Part shown: positions 9,914 through 17,017 of the stretch, one piece after another
Numbering within the stretch: position 1 is the stretch's first letter
Layout of the letters: every line of letters begins with the position of its first letter
Source of the DNA: a virus
Taxonomy: Duplodnaviria > Heunggongvirae > Uroviricota > Caudoviricetes
IMG/VR virus record: IMGVR_UViG_2850802633_000008
Length of the DNA stretch: 17,017 nt
Direction: 5' to 3' (one strand)
Translations under genes and position numbers: made by a program
Notes under the pieces: generated by a model
Databases searched by the model: none
Told to the model about the DNA's origin: nothing
What the model saw: only the letters and a program-made list of their open reading frames with translations

Positions 9914-12079
9914 TTATTGAGGTGTCTCGGCTACTCCGCCGGAGGGGATTTGAACTTGACGCATAAGATTCGCGAAATCCATGCGTTGTGAATGAGTCTG
10001 GTCTGCATCTTTAAGAAGCAGCTCAGCGTTAGCACGAGCATCTTTGCTGCGCTGTTGCTGGAATTGACCTACGAGCCTGAGGTACTCACGCAGTTCTGCC
10101 TGCTTGTCGAGGTCCATATTGTTGAATATTTCTGCAATCTTCGCGGCGTTGAGTTGGTTTTGGGCTTCAACCTTGGCAGCTTCAACCTGAATCTGCGCCT
10201 GTTGGTTCTCTGCCTTGAGCAATTCAGCCTGACCTTGCAGAAGGATACCCTGCGCCTGAATTTGCTCTGCTGATGGCTGCTGCGGCTGTTGTTGTGCCTG
10301 CTGCACCATCTCCATCTCTTCAGGTGTTTCTGGTTTCTTCAGCCCCATCATCACCAGTTGCTTGTTCGCGTACTCTCGCATCATCTCGACGCCTTTACCG
10401 TCAAGCAGCGTGAAGTATTGCAGCATCAGCATCTGGAACTCTGGAGTACCTTGCGGAACCTTGGTGAGCAACTCCTGAATCTCTGCGCGGTTCTGTTCCT
10501 TCATACTCTGGAAGGATGGCCCAACGTCTGTATAGCACTCATATCGACCGCGAATGTCGTTGAGTGTGACCACATTGCCGGACTGGTAATCGACAACTTG
10601 CGCATAGAGTTGAACGTCTTTCTCGCTTCCATCTTCAAGTGTCAGCGTTACATGACGAGGAACGTCATAAATATCGTTGACCATTGAGGCATAAATCTCG
10701 CCATCACGTCGCATTGCGGTAGCCAGGTTATCCTGAAACACGTATGTCTCAAGGTCTGCCCGCATGTTCAGTTGATTGACGGTATCAAAAGCGACCTGAC
10801 CATTTGCCGCCTGCGCATCCACGCCAAGACTAGCCACTTCTTTCACTGCGTTGGTGGCAGCCTCAAGCATGTAAGCGTTGGCTTGCGGCACTTCAGGGTT
10901 TTCCATGTAGGAGATTGGACCAATCGGCAGGTCGTTACCGTTTTCATCGGTCCTGTTCTGCAGATAGTACGGATAGTCATCATTTCCGCCGTACATGTAT
11001 TCGTAGCCTTCGATTTGCTCAGGGAAGAAGGTCGGTTTCTTCTTCGGTGACCGAGCAACAATATCGGCGTTGAACGACATAATCATGTTACGAAGGCGTT
11101 GACCGTCTTTCGTCAGCCTTACCACACCCTCGTAGCACTCCTTGTCACCAGCGAATGACCATTCGCCATACACTGGAACGATTGGAATATGCTCTCCGGC
11201 TATCTTCTCGCGGTCTTTCAGTATCTGCGTACAGGTGATGATCGACTTATACACACGCCGACGCTTCACCTTGCGCTCTGCTACCTTAATGAATCCACGA
11301 TTAGCCAGGTCGTCGATGACGTCTTTGATATCCTGCTGGTAATAGCTGACCGGCTCACCTGTCAGCGGGTCGCGGTAGATGAAGACCTTCTCCTTCTCCT
11401 CTTCTACCTCGTAATACTCAGCGACGTAGACGACATCATTCGACACCCACGGGAATAGCCATGTATCGTTAGGATTCTGGAAAGATGGCAGGGTATCCGG
11501 GTCAATACCGTAATCCTCTGCGAACTCTTTCCAGCCATTGCGCGACAAGGCGTTAATCACCGTGCAGTGCTTAGCGTCGCTCTTATCCATCTGCTTGCTG
11601 TTGGCGTCTCATATGACGTGTGAGCAGGCTTCATGGATTGGCAGGCGTCGGATTACCTGATTGTTGCTTGTTGGATCGTTGTCTTCGTACTGCGTGACCA
11701 GACGCCATGCACCAACGCCTGACTCTATCTGCTCACGAACGCCAACGTTAACGGCAATCTTTGCCGTGTTATGGCGCATATCAGTACGATACATCCCCAT
11801 CAATACATCGGCTGCATCAGGATTAGCGCCGTCTTTGGGTCGGAAGAGAACGTCGACAGGGTTCCGGCGCATCTCTGCGACCAGTTTCCTGACCCCCGGG
11901 CGAACAACATCGAATTGTCCGCGATATTGCAGGGTAGTGTAGTTTGATAGCCAGTCATCCCATTGCGACACTCGGCTAAAATACAGGTCATTTGTCGCCT
12001 CGGTTCTGGCTTCATCGCTCGCCATCCAGTCTGCGTCAAACTTACACAGAATGGAATTGAGTCTGTTTTCGTCGGCCAT
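9914..12079 (-). pseudogene. Portal protein (P22 gp1-like) interrupted by an in-frame TGA at 11609-11611
   Basis: ORF track 11609..12079 (-, 156 aa, [43 protein letters not shown]...HEACSHVI) and 9914..11590 (-, 558 aa, [11 protein letters not shown]...VAETPQ) are in one frame. The gap reads [21 protein letters not shown]. The recalled P22 portal has Trp at that position (HVIWDSNSK), so this is TGG->TGA. Combined length is about 721 aa. Confidence 0.85.
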
Positions 12080-13120
12080 TTAAGTTCTCCGTGCGATGGG
12101 CCTGATTGGGGCTGGTATCTTTTTCTCTTTTGGTTTTTTGATGTCGCGCATCATTTTTGCGAAGCGGCGCATCATGTATGCATAGCGAACGGCGGATAGC
12201 ACGTCGTCGTTAAGCTTGACGATTTTCCCGTTTTCATCACGGTGATAGAGGCGGAACTCCTCAAAGAATGGCTCACAGGTATTGAATACTTTGAAGCGAC
12301 CATCGAGCATCATGTCGCGCAATTCAGTGATGCCTGGCTCAACAGCGTTACCGCCATCAGGCCATGTCGCATGCTCCTGCAACATCATAAATCCAGCGTC
12401 TGCATACTGCCCTTTGAGCTGCTCACCGCCGCCCTTCTCGTGCTGGTTTCCATCATGAGGCCATGCGGTTGGCACTTTATGCGCCCATGATTTAACGGCT
12501 CCCCACGCCTGAACGGCTGTTTTTTCTTTCGCCTTCCACACGCGTGAAACGTAGATTGTGTCTGCCTCCTTATCCCACCAAAGCTGAACTTGCGCCTGTG
12601 GGTGATCCCATCCGAAATCCATCCCGCCAATTACGTAGAAGTGATCAGGACACTCGAACGGCTGACACTTAATCGTCTCTTCCGGTATCTGGAAGATTCG
12701 ACCACTACCCATCGTAGGAATACCGCGAGCACGCGCCTCTCTCTCATGCTCGGGATATGATGCGATGATTTGCTCTTTCTGCTCGTCGGTATAGTGCTCA
12801 GCGTCATAGATGGTCATGTTGACCACTTTCTGCGACTTGCTGGGGTTCTTCAGGAACTTGGTAACAACGTCAGACATCCCCATCAGCGGGGTAAACGTCA
12901 GAATTGAGAATTGCCCGTATTTGTTGGTACGGGTAAGACCTTCGCCATAAATGCTGTATGGTGGCTCTTCGTCAAACCACACGCCGTGGATTGTGTCACC
13001 CTGCCAGCGAGCACGGCCTTGCGAGTATGGCTTGAAGTAGCAGATTGAAATGCCATCTTCAACGCCATCAGCCGTGTGATGCTTAACCAGAAGGTGATCA
13101 ACAAGGTTCGGAAAGAAAGG
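12080..13120 (-). pseudogene. Large terminase subunit, 5'-truncated by the IS911 insertion (C-terminal about 346 codons retained)
   Basis: ORF track 12080..12982 (-) starts at an internal GTG. The frame is open upstream with no start codon back to the IS911 end at 13121 and on into the IS to a TGA at 13166-13168. The retained part is the C-terminal nuclease-type region (...VIGGMDFGWDHP...LNDDVLSAVRYAYMMRR...). No Walker-A ATPase N-terminus and no small-terminase gene are present. The stop abuts the portal ATG. Confidence 0.8.
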
Positions 13121-13192
13121 TGAAGTGGCACACTGAATTTGGCCACCTGAACAGAGGTGATATGCTCACCTCAGAACAACACAGGTGCTCCA

Positions 13193-14361
<1,169 letters not shown>

Positions 14362-14369
14362 CCACTTCA

Positions 14370-14762
14370 ATATGGACCATCTGTCGTGGTGCCACAATGG
14401 TGGATGGTAAGCCCGTCATACCGGGAATGAAGCTGTCGAAGGAAAAATGCGACCAGGTTAACGCTATTGAACGTGATAAGGCGCTGGCATGGGTGGAGCG
14501 CAATATTAAAGTACCACTGACCGAACCACAGAAAGCGGGTATAGCGTCATTTTGTCCCTATAACATTGGCCCAGGTAAGTGTTTCCCGTCGACGTTTTAT
14601 AAGCGGCTGAATGCCGGTGATCGTAAGGGCGCATGCGAGGCGATTCGCTGGTGGATAAAAGATGGTGGGCGCGATTGCCGCATACGTTCAAATAACTGCT
14701 ATGGACAGGTTATTCGTCGTGACCAGGAAAGCGCATTAGCCTGTTGGGGGATAGATCAGTGA
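14370..14762 (+). pseudogene. Phage lysozyme (endolysin, lambdoid R21/T4-lysozyme-like family), 5'-truncated by IS911
   Basis: ORF track 14355..14762 (+) starts at a TTG inside the IS911 right repeat. The native sequence begins at 14370 (IWTICRGATMVDGKPVIPGMKLSKEKCDQVNAIERDKALAWVERNIKVPLTEPQKAGIASFCPYNIGPGKCFPSTFYKRLNAGDRKGACEAIRWWIKDGGRDCRIRSNNCYGQVIRRDQESALACWGIDQ). The N-terminal roughly 45-50 residues, including the expected catalytic Glu, are missing. Confidence 0.8.
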
Positions 14763-15226
14763 GCTGAGTCGCCGCGATTATTTATGCTCTGGTTATCTGC
14801 ATCATCGTCTGCCTGTCGTGGGCGGTCAATCATTACCGTGATAACGCCATCGCCTACAAAGAACAGCGTGATAAAAAAGTCAGTGAGCTGAAGCTGGCGA
14901 CCGCCACCATTACTGACATGCAGCAACGCCAGCGTGCTGCTGATGTACTCGATGCTAAATACACGAAGGAGTTGGCTGATGCGAAAGCTGAAAATGATGC
15001 TCTTCGGCGCAAGCTTGATAATGGTGGCCGGGTGCTCGTCAAAGGAAAATGCTCTGTGCCATCCTCAGCCGAAACCTCCAGCGCCTCCGGCATGGGCAAT
15101 GATGCCACCGTCGAACTCTCTCCAGTTGCTGGACGAAACGTTCTCGGTATCCGGGACGGAATCATCAGAGACCAGACAGCACTGAGAACGCTTCAGGAAT
15201 ATATCAGGACGCAATGCCTTCGATGA
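14759..15226 (+). pseudogene. Rz: Rz i-spanin (lambda Rz-like) with TGA at codon 3
   Basis: GTG AGC TGA at 14759-14767 overlaps the lysozyme stop. The same frame then encodes the expected N-terminal transmembrane segment ([31 protein letters not shown]...) and continues into ORF track 14918..15226 (...[34 protein letters not shown]...[10 protein letters not shown]). Lambda Rz begins ATG AGC AGA GTC ACC GCG ATT ATC as I recall, so the Arg codon is replaced by a stop. There is no in-frame ATG/GTG/TTG between the TGA and 14918. Confidence 0.7.
14979..15185 (+). CDS. Rz1: Rz1 o-spanin (outer-membrane lipoprotein), embedded in the +1 frame of Rz
   Basis: ATG at 14979 with AAGGAG 8 nt upstream. 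[44 protein letters not shown]... carries a lipobox (VAGC) and a proline-rich periplasmic segment, and lies wholly inside Rz. The track ORF 14934..15185 starts 15 codons upstream. Confidence 0.8.
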   Translation: MRKLKMMLFGASLIMVAGCSSKENALCHPQPKPPAPPAWAMMPPSNSLQLLDETFSVSGTESSETRQH

Positions 15227-15400
15227 TAGAGATAATTTTACTCATCATCCTTCACATCTGGCTCTGTAGACAGGGTGGTGATCACTTCTGGAGGGAATCC
15301 AGATTAAACATCTCATTGCTGATGCTTAAAGTTGAGCATTTGGCGCGCGGTAAGGGGCTGCGTTTAGATAAGAGCCAGTCATCACAAACACCAGGATTTA

Positions 15401-15426
15401 GCCTCGCATTCGCGGGGCTTTTTATT
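15401..15426 (+). terminator. Candidate intrinsic terminator downstream of Rz/Rz1
   Basis: GCCUCGC-AUUC-GCGGGGC (7-bp stem with one G-U pair, 15401-15418) followed by UUUUUAUU (15419-15426). It ends only 18 nt before the ATG of the next gene. Confidence 0.4.
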
Positions 15427-15444
15427 GCAACAAAGGTAAAGACG

Positions 15445-15732
15445 ATGGATGAAGAATATCGTAAAGACCTGCAACTGTGGTTTGGTCTTACGCATGCGTC
15501 GTTCTGCGTGATGCCGCGAGTATTCATGGAGGCTATGCCTCCAGAATGGCAAGAGAAGATGGCTCAGTTGCTTTTTGAGTATAGCGACACGATCAAAACG
15601 GATGTCTGCGGAGTTCACAGCTGTTTTGTTACTGCCAAAGACGGCAACAACCGCTTTATGAGGATGCCAGAAGATATTCTGAACTATCGTCATCCTCGAC
15701 GTGAATTCATCGAATCATTTCTGAAGAAGTAG
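15445..15732 (+). CDS. Hypothetical protein (95 aa), possible moron downstream of the lysis cassette
   Basis: ATG at 15445 with AAAGG 8-9 nt upstream; TAG at 15730-15732. MDEEYRKDLQLWFGLTHASFCVMPRVFMEAMPPEWQEKMAQLLFEYSDTIKTDVCGVHSCFVTAKDGNNRFMRMPEDILNYRHPRREFIESFLKK. I do not recognise a family. The 77 codons upstream in the track ORF 15214..15732 are treated as non-coding read-through. Confidence 0.5.
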   Translation: MDEEYRKDLQLWFGLTHASFCVMPRVFMEAMPPEWQEKMAQLLFEYSDTIKTDVCGVHSCFVTAKDGNNRFMRMPEDILNYRHPRREFIESFLKK

Positions 15733-15788
15733 CCATTACAAAGCCTATCTACGGGTGGGTTTGATAATGGCTTATACTGGATTTGCCC

Positions 15789-16694
15789 CTATATTTCCAG
15801 ACATCTGTTATCACTTAACCCATTACAAGCCCGCTGCCGCAGATATTCCCGTGGCGAGCGATAACCCAGCGCACTATGCGGATGCCATTCGTTATAATGC
15901 TCGAACGCCTCTGCAAGGTTCTTTGCTGCCGTTAACCCGTCTGGTTTGGGCATGATACTGATGTAGTCACGCTTTATCGTTTTCACGAAGCTCTCTGCTA
16001 TTCCGTTACTCTCCGGACTCCGCACCGCCGTGTTCTTCGGTTCAAGTCCCAACATCCGGGCGAACTGGCGTGTTTCATTAGCCCGGTAGCATGAACCATT
16101 ATCCGTCAGCTACTCCACTGGAGACGACGGAAGATCGTTGCCGAAGCGGCGTTCCACCGCTCCCAGCATGACATCCTGTACTGTTTCACTGTTGAAGCCG
16201 CCGGTAGTCACCGCCCAGTGCAGTGCCTCACGATCACAGCAATCCAGCGCGAACGTGACACGCAGTCTCTCTCCGTTATCACAGCAGAACTCGAACCCGT
16301 CAGAGCACCATCGCTGATTGCTTTCTTTCACGGCCACTCTGCCTGTATGTGCCCGTTTCGATGGCGGTACAGCAGGTTTTCGCTCAAGCAACAGCGCATT
16401 CTGGCGCATGAGCCGGTAAACACGTTTGGCATTGATCGCAGGCATACCATCAAGTTCTGCCTGTCTGCGAAGCAGCGCCCATACCCGACGATAACCATAC
16501 GTGGGCAGCTCTCCGATAACATGGTGTATACGGAGAAGCACATCCGTATCATCAGTGTGACGACTGCGGCGGCCATCCATCCAGTCATCGGTTCGTCTGA
16601 GAATGACGTGCAACTGCGCACGCGACACCCGGAGACAACGGCTGACTAAGCTTACTCCCCATCCCCGGGCAATAAGGGCGCGTGCGCTATCCAC
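15789..16694 (-). pseudogene. insD: IS2 transposase InsD (OrfB) interrupted by an in-frame TAG at 16110-16112
   Basis: ORF track 16110..16694 (-, ...[11 protein letters not shown] then stop) and 15789..16055 (-, [11 protein letters not shown]...) are in one frame. Translating the gap gives [33 protein letters not shown]. The recalled IS2 InsD reads [14 protein letters not shown], so this is TGG->TAG. Confidence 0.85.
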
Positions 16695-17017
16695 TTTTTT
16701 GCCCGTCCATATTCAACGGCTTCTTTGAGGAGTTCATTTTCCATCGTTTTCTTGCCGAGCAGGCGCTGGAGTTCTTTAATCTGCTTCATGGCGGCAGCAA
16801 GTTCAGAGGCAGGAACAACCTGTTCTCCGGCGGCCACAGCAGTAAGACTTCCTTCCTGGTATTGCTTACGCCAGAGAAATAACTGGCTGGCTGCTACACC
16901 ATGTTGCCGGGCAACGAGGGAGACCGTCATCCCCGGTTCAAAGCTCTGCTGAACAATTGCGATCTTTTCCTGTGTGGTACGCCGTCTGCGTTTCTCCGGC
17001 CCTAAGACATCAATCAT
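16652..17017 (-). CDS. insC: IS2 InsC (OrfA), 121 aa
   Basis: ORF track 16652..17017 (-), [61 protein letters not shown]...[41 protein letters not shown]. Matches the recalled IS2 InsC. Confidence 0.92.
16694..16700 (-). promoter_or_regulatory. IS2 programmed -1 frameshift heptamer A-AAA-AAG in the insC/insD overlap
   Basis: Plus strand CTTTTTT at 16694-16700 is AAAAAAG on the minus strand, in register with the insC frame (A-AAA-AAG). The insD frame is the -1 frame relative to insC. Confidence 0.7.

Larger units (their letters stand above)
15778..17017 (-). mobile_element. IS2 (IS3 family), right-end portion; element continues beyond the window end
   Basis: Terminal repeat TGGATTTGCCCCTATATTTCCAGACATCTGTTATCACTTAACCC begins at 15778. 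insD and insC lie on the minus strand with an A-AAA-AAG overlap. The insC ATG is the last codon of the window (17017..17015). Confidence 0.9.

Noticed and set aside
9198-11458. ORFs antisense to or out of frame with the scaffold and portal genes (e.g. 9198..9572, 9992..10273, 10289..10687, 10772..11050, 11189..11458)
   Set aside because: They are embedded in long conserved structural genes and have low-complexity or hydrophobic junk-like translations.
12898-13146. Minus-strand 82-aa ORF crossing the terminase/IS911 junction
   Set aside because: It is out of frame with the terminase and runs into the IS911 terminal repeat, so it is a junction artefact.
15214-15444. N-terminal 77 codons of track ORF 15214..15732
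   Set aside because: They overlap the Rz 3' end and the terminator-like hairpin, are hydrophobic and low-complexity, and have no RBS; the ATG at 15445 with an RBS is the credible start.

Overview
This window reads as the late (virion structural) module of a decaying P22/Sf6-like podovirus prophage, broken up by three or four IS3-family insertion sequences; the mix of IS types suggests a Shigella / E. coli-type host. On the minus strand, right to left, the order is: 5'-truncated large terminase, portal, scaffold, coat, small ORF, gp4-like, gp10-like, tail needle, gp14-like, and three ejection proteins (gp7-like, gp20-like, and one with a lytic-transglycosylase domain). An IS629-like element nested in an IS600-like remnant bounds the module on the left. 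A complete IS911 (13121-14369) bounds it on the right, with a 5'-truncated phage lysozyme, Rz/Rz1 spanins, a small hypothetical gene and an IS2 beyond it, on the plus strand. I did not find a convincing novel defence or other accessory system. The notable signals are four single-codon nonsense interruptions in otherwise intact genes (portal, gp20-like, Rz, IS2 insD), an IS911 with no target-site duplication joining two 5'-truncated genes in divergent orientation, and a transglycosylase-carrying ejection protein. All homology statements rest on reading the translated ORFs and on recalled protein families, not on database searches.
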